From the NCBI GenBank assembly GCA_976551045.1, contig CDPCPM010000005.1:2852001-2916000 (forward strand): a DNA stretch of 64,000 nucleotides. The letters run 5' to 3'. The position numbers and the translations under genes were made by a program. This document shows, in pieces, positions 12,391 to 25,419 of this stretch. Below the pieces are notes generated by a model that saw nothing but the letters and a program-made list of their open reading frames with translations, was not told the origin of the DNA and did not search any database. The stretch's first letter is position 1. Each line of letters opens with the position of its first letter. Source of the stretch: Glaucostegus cemiculus (Eukaryota).

Positions 12391-15300
12391 TATTTTGTTC
12401 TTTGCCATTTTGCTGTTTGTAAAAGCTTTCTGGGTGTGATGTGAGAGTGCACTGCTATATTCCTAAAGATGACTGTAAAGTGCATTGTATATTCTGCAGT
12501 TAAGAATGGTGCTATTTAATTGTTTTACTTCTTCTTTAAATCCATGTGCCTACTATATGTTAGGTTATTGTAACATAAAAAAATCCAGACTATTAATACT
12601 TAAGAGAATGAACATGATAACACTGTTATTGTCATCAAACCTGCAAATACACATTTCTCAAAAACATTGTTAACATCCTTTGTGAATAATTACAGAAATA
12701 ACTGAGAAAAAAATAGCATTGAACCTTTGAAGAAGATACACACTGGACAGATAGATTACAGGTTCCAGGTAATGCAAACAGAAGACATTTGAAGAGAAAA
12801 ATGTGGATAGCTATGAAATGAGAGAAAAGTTCAAAGCAACAATAGTAATACATCAATAAGATATTCTCACTATTCCATCCCCCCCAAATAAAATTATCAC
12901 CTGTTTTCCAAAGTTAAAACTGCCTTCAAAAATCTCAGTTATGTCTTCTGTGCCAAGCAATTCTTTTCCCTGCAATAGCTTTTGAGCATCTGGGATGCCT
13001 GTTTCTATCCAAGATTTGAAAACATCTCTCATATTTTCTGGCGTTTTTCTTATAGTTCTCTTGTGTTATCGGACAGAAAACAAATTAACAAGATGTCTTC
13101 CTAACATTCAAACCTTCCAGACCATTTGCAGAACATGAAGCTCTGCAGAATGAACTTTGGGCCATCCATGAGAAGATGTCCTTTGCCTCTATTGTGTTTC
13201 AGCAGCATATCAGCCATAAATTGTGCTGCAAAACATCTCACCCTCCGGTATCATCAAAACAGAGAGATCAAGAGAAATATTTTTACGCATCAAACTACTT
13301 CCATTTATGGGACATCATCCAAGATACACAGCCTTTAACAGCTTCAAAGGAAGAAACAGAGTATTTGTAAACACTTTTCAGAAAAGTTATAATGGGCTGA
13401 ATGGCCTCCTGTGCTATAAAATACAGATTTTTCATCAATAGAATAAATTGCTGATAATAATACATTGCTGTTGAGAATGCATAGCAGATGGTTCAGACCC
13501 TTGATCTCAAATTTACTGTATTCATGGAAACACCCAGTGGATCTTGTATCTCAAAGTCACTGCACTTTATCCTTTGTCACCACACTCCCTAAACTGAGTA
13601 CCCACTAATCAATGTAACTCACTCCCCAACAAGAATCATTTTATTCAGAAGTTATGTTAGGAATGCCACAGACAAATTATGGAGGTGAATTTAAAATTTA
13701 GATAAATATGTATCTAAGTATGGTAAATGTGTTAAATATGCATTTCTAAGTAAAATTGTCCATTTGTTTTTAATTTATTATAATTTGAATCAGTTATGAA
13801 ATTATGAGAAATCTCAAAATTGTAAATGCATCTGATAGATGGCACAATTCATTAATGTCACTCTTGATTATCTCTCCTTTATTTCCCTGATATGACAAAC
13901 ATTATTTACCTAACTCTGGATGTATTTCTGAACTCCAAATTTTCCACAGGAATGTCTCAAAAACAATAATGAGATAATAATGCCAAATAACCTCTTATTG
14001 TGATTCTGGTCAAGAAGAATCTCCTTACTCTTTTGTAAAATCTACTCGGTTCTCCTGGTAAGTAACAAGCCAATTTGTTGTCAAGTATAATCCTTGCTTG
14101 AAGATCAAGAATGCAAGATTGCATCCATCTGAAAATGCAAATAGGACTTGAATGATTGGTTAAATTTATCAAACAACAACTGAATATGAGTTCTATAAAG
14201 TGATATTAGAAAAGGTGGTCAAAATCTGGTCCAATCTGCTGGATCCTAAGGAGCAAAGCAGGAAAGGGAACTGAAAGACTGAAAGGTTTAGGGAGGAGTT
14301 TCCAGGACTCATGATCATTGGTAGTTGAGGCATAGCTGCCAATGGTGGAGCAATTAACATCAGAAATTTATAAGAACCCAGGATTGGAGGAGTAAGATAA
14401 CTAATAGGGTTGGTGGAGGTTACACTGGTAAAGAGAACAGAGGAACTGAAAGGATTTGAAAACAAGTTTGAGTCTCTTTAAGTCAAGGTATTGCTGGGCC
14501 AGGAGCTGTTGTAGGTCAGAAGGCACAGGGATGATGTGTGAATGCCTGCTGTGCAAGTTGCATGCTAGAGGTGACTGCTCATCTGTTTCAAACAGGCTGG
14601 AAGTTAATGAGACCCTGCCGTTAAAGAGGACTGTACCTCCCACTGCTGCCTTTGGTGCTGGAAGCTCACATATCTTACAGACTTCCTGCTCGGGAATTAA
14701 AGTTTCCCCCTTACAACCTTGCCACAGCAGGAGCCACCTTGGAAGATGATACAATACCTAATCAGCTGTGTGATATATGTGATGGAGCAGGTGCTGAATG
14801 CATGGCACCTGGATGGGAACTATTACCAGTTTATGCTAACATTGATTTGTTTTGTAAAAGCAAATTAAAATGCACTTTCTTCAGTAGCTCAGTGCAGCAT
14901 GTATTTGAACACTACTTGTAAGGTTGGATGTTTACTTTTATTTATCTGCTAATTTTTGTACCTTGGCCCACAAAAATTGATATAGGTTGAATTCTAGAGT
15001 TGGCAGACTGCACATCCAGTGTGTCTGTGCTTCATTTAAGAGCCTGATGGTGAACAGCAGCAGACTATTCAAGGCAACCCTAAACCCTAGGTATTGCATG
15101 GTCCAGAATTCAGTTCATTTGCTTCCCTCTTACTAGCCCAGAGACGTTTGGGCCAAATATCTTGTTCCAAGCTGCCTAAAACCCAAGAGACCAACTAAAC
15201 ATTAGAGATATCACTGATGGATACGACTACAAGGTACATTCACTGACTGAGATTCAGGACTAGAATGGAAATGGGACTCAAAGTTAGGGAGCCTTAGAAA

Positions 15301-18300
15301 TTATGGTTGGGAAGTAGAGAGGCGCTTTCGAAAGCGGTACTCCAGGTTTCAAGGGACGTTTTGGTGGAGCGGTTTGGAGTTAGGAACGTTTGATTTTGTG
15401 GGTTAGGCATCAGGAATCATCAAGAGGAAGGGTGCAAGTTTGACAGGGGAGTGCAACAGCCTTCTGCATGACACCAGTAACTTTCAGGGGAGATAGTGAT
15501 AGTAATTTTCAAATCCTAGTTTTGAGGAGACTTCATAGCTATTAGAGTAATGCGCATCTTGGTTGTTTCAGTGTTGGGAGAGGTACAAGGAATTTAATTT
15601 TTAATTTCCATGTCACTGAACCTTATTAACATAGTCACAAGAAACAACTGTTTATCAAATAACCCTTTTTATCCACTAGAAGGGTTGTGGAGAATTTGGA
15701 AACTGAATTGTGGTAGTTTAATAACATTTTTAACTCTTAAAGAAGCACTTTAATTAAAACTGTGATATATCATAGTTTAAAATCCTGAAATTTAGGCTGA
15801 CAGAAGTTTAATACAAGCTGTTAAATGATTTGGTCATATTTCTTCAACCAAGAATTCTTCAGATCTCTCCCTAGTTAAAGAGGTTCTGTCAGTTTGAGTG
15901 AGGTCTTTTCTTTTCCAAGCTCTCTGTAATTAAAACTTATGAGTGTCTTCGTGACTACAGGCCGCATTTGGTCTTGTTGCTGGGGTCTTGGCAATTCTTT
16001 GCAAAGACCAATAAGATTACAATGCATCTCCTTTCTTAGCACTAAACCAATTGAAATCTGTTCACCCTGTGTGAAGGGAGGAAAAGATTCATTAATGGCA
16101 CTTCATTAGGAAGCTGAAATAGAGTGCAGTGAATGTGACTCTTCTGACAGAAATGTCGGCCTGTCTATTAGGAAAGGAACAAAGACAGTTTAGGAAACTA
16201 AACTCTGTCTCCACTGCTGAGGATTAGGAAGGGTGATAGGATTAGTGTTTAATGACTAGAGGCAGGAGACAAAGGGAGTTGCTGCAAAGAGGCTTAGATA
16301 TGGAAGAATTAACACTGTCTATCCCAGCCATATCTTTGATGACTTCTAACATTCTCGTCTTTTTTCTGAAATGAAAGTCCAAAGACCAAACTATCTCTCC
16401 TTTTTTTTAAAGAAAAAGGATTAAACCCTTGCTCATCCTTTATTATCTCAGTAACATTACTTTGCCTGAATTATCTGGCAGGAATATAAAGTTCACGAGG
16501 GAAACCTTGTGAACCACCATTTGCTTCAAATGTGTAAAGCAAGGTGCTGCTTAAGTCTTTTAGAGAATGATGGTATTCTACAACGAGACAGAAGAAAACA
16601 AACTACCGTTCATTTAATGGGACTGTTAGTGCTCCACTGAAGCTGCAGTATGAGGTACTGACTGATTTGTGACCATTTTGGCACTGCATCGAAAATTGAA
16701 GCAGTGTCCAGGAACAGCCTTTCAGTAATGTGACCCTTTTCCAAAAATTTCCATAATGTGCTTAGGAACCTCAAGCCAAGCTAAATGGGTTGACATTATT
16801 TTTTTTACCCTTCAGAAAGAAAGAGCAAAATCATGCTAATATTTACCTTATTAGCAAGCACAAACTGGTAAGAGGATCTGTTAGCCGGTGCGCAAGATGA
16901 TCTCTACGGGCATCCGGATCAATCAACCTTCAGACTTATTGCATGCTTGGGAAACTTGTTTGCTTTTTAGTGGAGTAAGTGCTGTAAGTTATTGTACTTA
17001 TTTCTGGGAGAAATGAAAAGCAAATAAATTGATAGTCTCACACAAGTGGAGGCACATTGATCAGGTCAGTGCGCAAGACAAAATTAAGGCAGAGGTTTCT
17101 TTCGTAAAATTTGACAAAGCGGTCATGAAATCGAGATTCATGGTTTCAGACATAATAAAAGGCAAAAGTTATGAATTTATAAAAAGCCTTAGAAATCCGA
17201 GGCAATCTTTTTCTCTCTCCTTCAATGGTATAGATATTTCGATCACTGGTTGCTACTTAGTTTTGGTGCACAGAGTATATCCTACTCTTTCTTGTATAAG
17301 TGTGAAAATGGCAGCCCCCTGCTGTAATCCTTTCAGGGGCAATACCATCAGTCAGTGTGAAATTAAATACATTACAGGGTTGGGGATTAAAGCGTTTTAT
17401 AGGCAGTTGTTCAGCCACATCAAACTTTAGCTTTTTTAAATCCTAACATTTGATCCTGAGACAGGAACCGTGGCTTGAGAATGGGATTGGCTCATTTTGC
17501 GCTGCCAGTGGGGCAGAAAAGTCATTGCACAGCCTTCAGCTCAAAGCACAGCCTGGCTGAAGAGAAAATATGCAGGAGTAATGAGTCCCATTCTCGGAGA
17601 AGTCCACAAGCTGTGTTGTTAACAATCGACATATCGCAGGCAAGCAAAGTCAATGTGCAGCATCGAGATCCTTTACCAAGTCAAGACTGTTTCAATCACT
17701 ATATCAAGAAAACATTCAGGATTATATTTTGTAATACATCATTGCCAATTCTTTGAACTCTCTCTTGTGGAGGCCATTGATCCATGTAGGAAGCAACAGG
17801 GGATTCTACAGTTTTTGACTTTTATTTCCTTGTTCAATACTTGAGATTTCTTGTGATTCATGCCAGAAATAATCTATTACTTCAACATTTCAAACTAAGT
17901 GCAACTGTGTTTTTAACTTTGTATTAAACAAAGCATTTTCCTCAATTTGCAATCTTAAAGAGGGGGGAACAGCAGGGATAATTTAGCTTCATTAATTCAG
18001 GTTTTGTGATTGGAATTTGTTTTGAGGCGTGTGTTTCCCAAAATCTTGAAACACAGTGGAAAACCTGGCATAGAAAGTGCCACAGAGGTGGTTGCAATGC
18101 CAGCTCAACCTCAGCACAGATGCATTGTGTTTAGGCTACTCCAGACATCAAATATGCTGGGCAAAAGTAAATAAAACTTGTTGCTATTTATATGAAAGAG
18201 TCACCTGGTCATTTCTAAACTTGGTTTACTTAGATTGCAAATTTTTAACCTACAGTAACTCCAACTAACATTTGAAATTCATTTGAGTCTTGTGAGATGG

Positions 18301-18805
18301 AATTTCTTATTGTGCTAGTATTTGATATAAGTTGCTGCACACTGCTTTATCTCAGATATATGTAATGGCAGTAGCAAATGCTCATATCTGCATATGCCAT
18401 GTTTGAGTTTACTTTTCATTCATATTAGCTTGTTTAAATTAGCTTTGAAAGACACTCAGTTCTACTGGGAGGGGGGAGAGCAGGAAAAATAAATGCCACC
18501 TTTTTTGAATCATAATGTGTATGTCTGTTGTCTGATGCAGTTTAATTCACCTTTGAATGAAAGGTGTGATGTCACCAAGTGGAATACCTGGCAATGAAGC
18601 AGGCAATCAGGTAAGACCTAACATGGAGCTAAGTATACAGAACATAGCTAAGCATGGGCATGGATAGACAGGACACCATTGAGGAATTAAGATTCAGCTG
18701 CTCACAAATGTAAAGACACAACACTAGTTTTCAAGTAATGTGTATCCTCCAATATAATGCAAGGAGTCTATAAAGTTGTGTTGTGAAACTCATCTGGCAG
18801 GACTA

Positions 18806-18955
18806 AATTATGTATAATTTATGTTTAATTTATGTTTTTCTTGTGAATGTTGCTTATCTGATGCAATGTGCCTATGTTGCTGTTGTGAGTATTTCACTGC
18901 ACCTGTGCATACATGTACTTGTGCATATGATAATAAACTCAACTTTGACTTTGAA
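18806..18955 (+). mobile_element. Rex1/Babar 3' tail
   Basis: Matches 42420-42565. Confidence 0.75.
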
Positions 18956-21089
18956 TTTTAAGTGCCACAGTAATGATCATAGAGGAACTAAATTTGTAAT
19001 CTAAAGAAAATAATTTGGAAATGATCAGAAGATCCTTTCATGAAGAAACTTCAGCAGGTTTTATTTACTTTTGTCCCATGTATTTGATTCTGGGTGGCCT
19101 CAGAACCATGCACCTGTGACGATTATTGCCTTAGTGGTTGAGATTTTTTCCCAGCAAGTGAATAATCAGCTATGGCAGGTTATCTGTCAGGTTTTCATGT
19201 TTTAGCCTGTCAGAGTTAGATATCTAATTTCCCCTCTATCATTCACACAAATGCCAAGACAATGGTAACTCAGTGGGTACCATTCTCACTGGGAAACTAA
19301 AAACATGATTGCATAATTTGGGAAAACTAAAAGCATGATTGTCTAATTAAGGAATGATATAATTAAAACAAGCAATGATTGTATGTCACACAATGTGACT
19401 CCATTAACAGTGGAACAATCTATCAAAACCCAATAAATTGGAATAACAAACACCAAACTTCCAATGAAACAGTTGCCCTGAGTGCTAAGTAATGAAAAGG
19501 TGAGAGGAATGAAAGTGAGAAAGAAAGAAAGAAAGAACAAGAGCAGGAAATGGATCGACAAATAGATAGATTTCCAGACCTGCTGACTTGTATAAGGCAC
19601 TGTCCCAATTTGAGAGTTTAATGCCTTCAATAAAGGATGTTCTGTTGATAGCTCTATCTCTGTTATTGCCTCAGCAACACTAAAAAGCCTGCAGACATTG
19701 CACTGGTATCGAGTTTGGGGTTTTACTGCTTGAGAGAGTAGGAGGAAAGAGATCTGGAAGGAGGAAAATAAAAAACAGATTCCCTAGATAGAGGAGTGAC
19801 GATGACAAACAGTGGACATGTCTCATGTGTCAAGAGGAATGAGATATTCAGCCAATTGTTCTTAAGAAGCAACCAAAGTACAGGAATGGGTAGGATTAGG
19901 GTTAGTAGAAGGACACTACGGGGGATTTCAAAACAAGGACTTTAGAATTAGGGCATTGCTTAACTGAGAGCCAGCATGTTGCAGTGAGCAGCTGATGAGT
20001 GAATGAGTGGGACTTAGTATGAGTTAGGACCCAGACAGCTGGGTTTTGGATCATTTCAATTTACCATGTGCAGATTGTTGTATCATTTTTATGTAAAATG
20101 TTTTACATGAAAACAGGTATAATTGAATGCTTTATCCAGAGACCCATCACAGTAAGGCAAGATGCTTGTCAATGGGGAAAGGTGCCTTTTACACCCAAGA
20201 AATCCGCTACCTATTTGATCAGCTTAAGTGGGTTTGCTCCGTTGGATTCATTTTTTTTAAACAGATACCTTTGCCTGGTGTCCTGAAAAGGTCTTGTAAT
20301 ACAAAATACAAATCCATCTTCTTCTCTCTTCAGATGCCTTCTTGCTAATATCTATCTCTAAAACTGTTATAGAATTCTTGCAATCCTACTTTCCTTTTTC
20401 CTGTAACTGATTTCTTTCTTAAATTTTCATGTTCAAAATTAGAAATACTTATGATTAAAATTGCAGATAGACTTTGGTTAATAAAGTAAGCAAAAACTAT
20501 GCAAAATGCATAATAAAAAAGTGCAAAAAGTAATAAAATGTGATAAAATGTACTGCGTAATGGACTGACTCTCTTGACCTCACACTAAAAGCAAAACCTT
20601 GTATTACCTTTCTATCAATCAGACCATTAATTCTAATTCTTGCTATGGTTGTGTCATAAAGGGGTAGGTTTTCAAAGCACCAGGCATAAACACATTGCAG
20701 ACAGGAATTTTGTAAGTACATAATTCACTGTCAGGCCATTAATGCTGAACTCCACTACACCTTAACCCATCCCTGAAGCCAAATAAGAATGTTGGTTGAA
20801 TTTATTCTCATTTAGTACTTTAATAAGTGGGCATCAGTCACTTCTCAAATGAAAATCAGCACGATTTACAAGAGCATATTTTCCAGCTTGGATGCTTTGT
20901 TCATCAGAAATTCATTGTAAACAGCATTCCTTTGACACTCTGATATGAATTCATCAGGGTTACCCATTTTGGGCCAGTGCAGGTATTATCCCTGATTCAA
21001 TGGCAGAAGTCTACCCTATAAGAGGATGCCTATAGAGTAGACGTAGGGTCCCTACGGTGCCAACCACCAGTCAGTTGATCAAAGTTCAG

Positions 21090-21388
21090 ACAGTTAGGAG
21101 TTCAAGTCGCACTCCAGGTAGAAGCAAGGAGGGAGTGTTGCATGGGCAGAGGGATAATACTGAGAGAGTGCTGCATCATTTCAGGGACAGACTGAGAGTG
21201 CTGCACTTTTGAAAGATTTTAGGGATTGCTGCACTGTTGGAGGATAGCACTGAAAGCTCGGAGGGAGTGCTGCACTGTTGGAGGGACAGTCTTGTGGGAA
21301 CGCTGCACTGTCAGAGAGGCAATAGTGAGATAGTTCAGAGGGAACACTGCACTGTCAGAGGTGCTCCATTTAGGTGAAACATAAACTA
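21090..21388 (+). repeat. Deu-SINE relic with ~7 degenerate tandem copies of GAGGGAGTGCTGCACTGT
   Basis: GGAGTTCAAGTC B-box-like motif, then repeated cores at ~21131, 21163, 21194, 21221, 21262, 21296 and 21339, ending GTCAGAGGTGC..TTTAGGTGAAACATAAAC. Confidence 0.7.
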
Positions 21389-21501
21389 TTGGTAGATTTC
21401 TCGCAGGAAATTTTGCCAACAAAATGAGGCAGAGGGAAATGAATTTACTTTGTTTGATAAAAAGCTGGTGAGGGACAATATTCACAATTCTAGAATAATG
21501 C

Positions 21502-21759
21502 AATACATAAAAAGTGCTGGAGGAACTCAGCAGGTCAGGCAGCATCCACGGAGGGAAATAAACAATCAAAGTTTCAGGCCGAGACCCTTCATCAGGAAAG
21601 GAAGAGGGCAGAAGCCAGAATAAGAAGGTGGGGGAGGGGGGAAGAGGAGGGGGATCTCAGCTGTTTATTTCTCTCTGTGGACGCTTCCTAACCTGCTGAG
21701 TTCCTCCAGCACTTTCTGTGTATTGCCTCAGATTCCAGCATCTGCAGAATTCTTTTGTG
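21502..21759. mobile_element. Fold-back PLE-derived mini element with hammerhead motif and 13-bp TSD
   Basis: ~65-bp inverted arms (21500-21564 / 21662-21726); minus-strand hammerhead core 21563-21597; TSD TCTAGAATAATGC at 21489-21501 and 21760-21772. Confidence 0.88.
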
Positions 21760-22321
21760 TCTAGAATAATGCGTAGTGCAGATAGTATGGATTTAAGTGT
21801 ATAATTTAACACAGATTGTACAGGCAGAACTAAATGATGGGAGTACAGAATTAAAAATCTTAGAGATAGAAAGTAGAAATTATATCCCAGAAAATACTTG
21901 CTATGTATACTTTAGTCCCACCCACATTGCACTCAGGAGCACTCTCTAGAAATTTGTGTGTGTTGAACTGCTGCATGTCTTGATCTTGTCTCACGAGCTT
22001 GCAATAAACCATCATACAAAATTCTTAATGTAACATATAAAATGGGTAACTGTAAACCCTTTCTGTGCTTGATGGCCTTCATGACAAAATATCTCCACTG
22101 TTTGTCAGTGAAAGGTTGAAAAAAAAAGTAAACTTCCAGTCATGTTTACTTACTAAATTAAATGTTGTGTAAAATTAGCCTCCAGCTTAGCATCCCATGA
22201 AACTGAATTAAATAGTTCCAGCCTATTAATGTGATCCATCTCTTTAACTTAGTGTGATATCTGTAACTGCTGAGGTTAGAATAGTGCACTTTATGCTCTG
22301 AATGCATTTTGTTGAACTCTG

Positions 22322-22598
22322 GGCAGGCACAGTAGTGTAGCAGTTAGCATAACACTCTTCAGCGCCAGTGACCTTGGTTCATTTCCGGCCACTGTCTATA
22401 AAGAGTTTGTACATTCTCCCCATGTCTGTGTGGGTTTCCTCCAGGTGCTCCGGTTTCTTCCCACATTCCAAAGATGTACAGGTTAGGAAGTTCTAGGCAT
22501 GTTGGGTTGGCGCTGGAAGCGTGGTGAAACTTGTATGCAAAAGATGCATTTCACTCAGTGTTTCGATGTACATGTGACTAATAAAGATATCTCATCTC
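22322..22598 (+). mobile_element. V-type SINE, second subfamily (alternative 3' tail)
   Basis: Same head and core; tail GATGCATTTCACT..GTTTCGATGTACATGTGACTAATAAAGATATCT. Confidence 0.88.
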
Positions 22599-23454
22599 TT
22601 CAGAGAGGTGGCTGTTAAAGTCATGCAGGAGTTGGCTCCACAGGTGGGTTAAAAATGCTGCTTCTGCAGGGGTGGCCTGCAGGTGGCGCAGGTGACTCCA
22701 ATGAGACTCCCAGACGTGGCACCTGGGTGCGTTGCACATTGTTGGACACACGTGTGCATGTCCAGGCATTACGTGTTTAAACGTGGTTGAACAACGCCTG
22801 AGAACCCCAAGCTCCCAATCCACTTCAATCATGCAGGTGCACAAAAGCATGGTGCCATTGCAACCTAATTTGAAGACAGCTAATTTCTGTGAAAGGCAAG
22901 GTTGCACAAATGGCTATGACATAAACAGCTAAATAATCTGGAGGTACTGCTTGAGCGATAGATTGTGGGTGTGCACTTGCTCTTCTGGGAACAGTGCTAT
23001 ATTTTCAACAACAACTTGCATTAGTGTGGCTGAATTGAATGCACTAAAATGTCTCGACGTGCATCACAGGAGCAGTTAGCAAATAAAGTTTGAAGCTGAG
23101 CCCCATAGATAGTAGGCCAGGCAATAGCAGGCCGGGACAAAGAGCGAGGTTTTAAAAAATATGTTTAAAGGCCGAGAGAGGTAGAATCTGGGAGAGGCTT
23201 AGAGGAGAAGTTCCAGAGGTTGGGGCCTTGGCAACTGAAGACAGTGTCTTGACTGCACTGCTGCTGAAAAACAACAAATTTCACCACATGTCAGTGATAA
23301 TAAACCTGATTCTGAGTGATGAACATTGGACAAGAGTGCAGAGATCTCAAAGGGATGCAGGGCTGTACAAGCCCACAGAGATGGCAAGACTACAGAGTGT
23401 TTTGAAAAGAGGGGTGAAAACATGGTAGTGGATACCATTGGATCATCCATGCCA

Positions 23455-23582
23455 AGATGAGAAGTTAGCTGACCCGAAACACCGGCAATTTCTTTCCTCC
23501 TACAGATGCTGCTCGAACCGCTGTTCCTCCAGCAGATTGTTTGTTGCTTCAGATTGCAAAATCCGCAGTCTCTTGTGTCTCC
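23455..23582 (+). mobile_element. PLE 3' tail fragment
   Basis: GACCCGAAAC...ACAGATGCTGCTCGAACCGCTGTTCCTCCAGCAG...GCAGTCTCTTGTGTCTC. Confidence 0.7.
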
Positions 23583-24019
23583 TAAGAAGGCATCACCTCT
23601 AGCTTAAAGCCCTTCGGAATCAGCAAGATTAGGCTCATGAAGGGAAGCATCAAATGTAATGAAGTCAATTCCCTCAGTGGCCTACAGGGGGAGTAGGAGT
23701 GCTCCTCAGGATCCACAAACAAAGAAGGTCAGCCTCTGCTGCCACCTCTCTCTGGACGTTGGGGAGCCAACAGGTCAACTTACTAGGTCATTCCATGGAC
23801 CTACCTGCTCAGCGAGCATGCTCAAGACACTGTGCACTTGCACTCTGCCTCTAGGTTGGACTGCCAACGTGTAAATGACACCCAAATGTTAAAGCACACA
23901 GAGTTCCTTCATAGAAAAATACAGAATGGAAGTAGACCCTGCAGTCATTCAAGTCCACACTGACGGTCAGGAATCCATTTATGCTGAATGCAACCCTAAT
24001 ACCACTTTTATTCTCTCCA

Positions 24020-24237
24020 CATTTCCATCCACTCCCCGCAGATTCTACCACTCACCTGCACACTCTGGGCAATTTACTTCAGCCTGTTAACTTACCAGCA
24101 CTCTTGTCCTTGCTAGAGCACTGGGAGGCAACCCTCGCCGTCACAGAAAGCATGTGAAAACTCCACCAGAGATCAGGATTGAACCCAGGTTGCTGGATCT
24201 GGGAGACACCAGCTCTACCTGTTGTGCCACTGTGCCA
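24020..24237 (-). mobile_element. Older V-type SINE
   Basis: GGATTGAACCCAGG (reversed B box), CCACTGTGCC, TACCACTCACCTGCACAC. Confidence 0.65.
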
Positions 24238-25419
24238 ATATAGATGAGTCCTGAGCTCAAATCAAATAAAAAATTGACCCTGACCCAAGAGGGTGCTGTG
24301 ATAGACCATGACTGGAGGGTATATACATGAGATAATCACTAACTGATAGGGAACTCAGGAGAAATGGCTTCACTCAGAGAGCTGTTAGAATGTAGAGTTT
24401 GCCACTGGAGGTGCAATAAGTAGGAAACTTGAAAGGCAGATAAGATTTAAAGGAATGGAAGGATACACTGAGAGAATTAGATAAAGTGAAATGGAATAGA
24501 CACTTGTACAGACCGTAAGCACTAGGGTGGGCCAAACAGGCTCTCTTTGTGCTCTTCACTTTGTGACTGTATGTCAATCTCTCCTTTTAGAAACTGGTCA
24601 GTGCCTTTCCCTCTGATAAAATCTGGCCAACTAATTAATGGGAATATTTTTCCTGGTTCTTTCTTGAAACAAGAGGTGTTTACTGCATATTTCTAAAAGT
24701 GTTATTTAATGGATCAACTGTGTAACAAAAGATTGTATTGCTGGGACTCTGGAAAGTATGGGGCTGGTTGCGCTAAAAGGGATTTCCATGGTTACAGCTT
24801 GTTGTTGATGAGTTAAAGTTCTTGTGTTTTATTTTTAAGCAAGAAAGTGACTCCAGTGGCACAGTTACCTCATGTAGGTAGAATAAATTTGCTACTCCAT
24901 CAATGATCGATAACAAGTACCTACCAATACCCATTCTACGTCACATGCATTGACCAAGTGATGATTGATATGTTTGCCATGCTGATGCTGTTGCTACATT
25001 GAAAATCAGGAAATGATTGCACTATTGTAGTCTGGGGCCATGGATCAATGGCAGTGATGTTGAATGCTATTTTGTGACCTTGTTTAGATTGTAATCTTGC
25101 CAGTTATGTGTAGAAAATAGAAAGGAGAAGGATCACCAAATATTATGTTGCGCATGTAGGTGCGACAATAAGTGAGAAAGTCTGGTGTGCACGGTGCCTA
25201 GTCATGAACAAAACAAGCTGTGCTCACCATGCTAGGTTCATTCACTGTGGCAACAGCTGACATGTTAAGTGTTCATTTCGTAATGTGGCTGGAATACCTG
25301 AACACAGCCACTTAGATATTTGCTTGGGGAATGTGGACATTGCTGGCAAGCCCACATTTAACATCCAACCCATGTTGCCCCCCTTAGCTAGTTCAAAGGG
25401 CAGTAAAGAGCATTAGCTA

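Noticed and set aside
15076-15090. AACCCTAAACCCTA as telomerase template or telomere repeat
   Set aside because: Two plant-type units only, not the vertebrate CTAACCCTAAC; expected by chance.
19290-19348. Two-copy ~29-bp tandem duplication (similar ones at ~4742-4781 and ~61598-61620)
   Set aside because: Ordinary slippage duplications with no further structure.
20925-21000. Minus-strand CTGATGA as a type III hammerhead
   Set aside because: No GAAA after the putative stem II, and the cleavage triplet is out of register.
21130-21365. CRISPR-like repeat/spacer array
   Set aside because: Units are degenerate with irregular spacing, derive from a SINE motif, and lie in vertebrate DNA with no cas genes.
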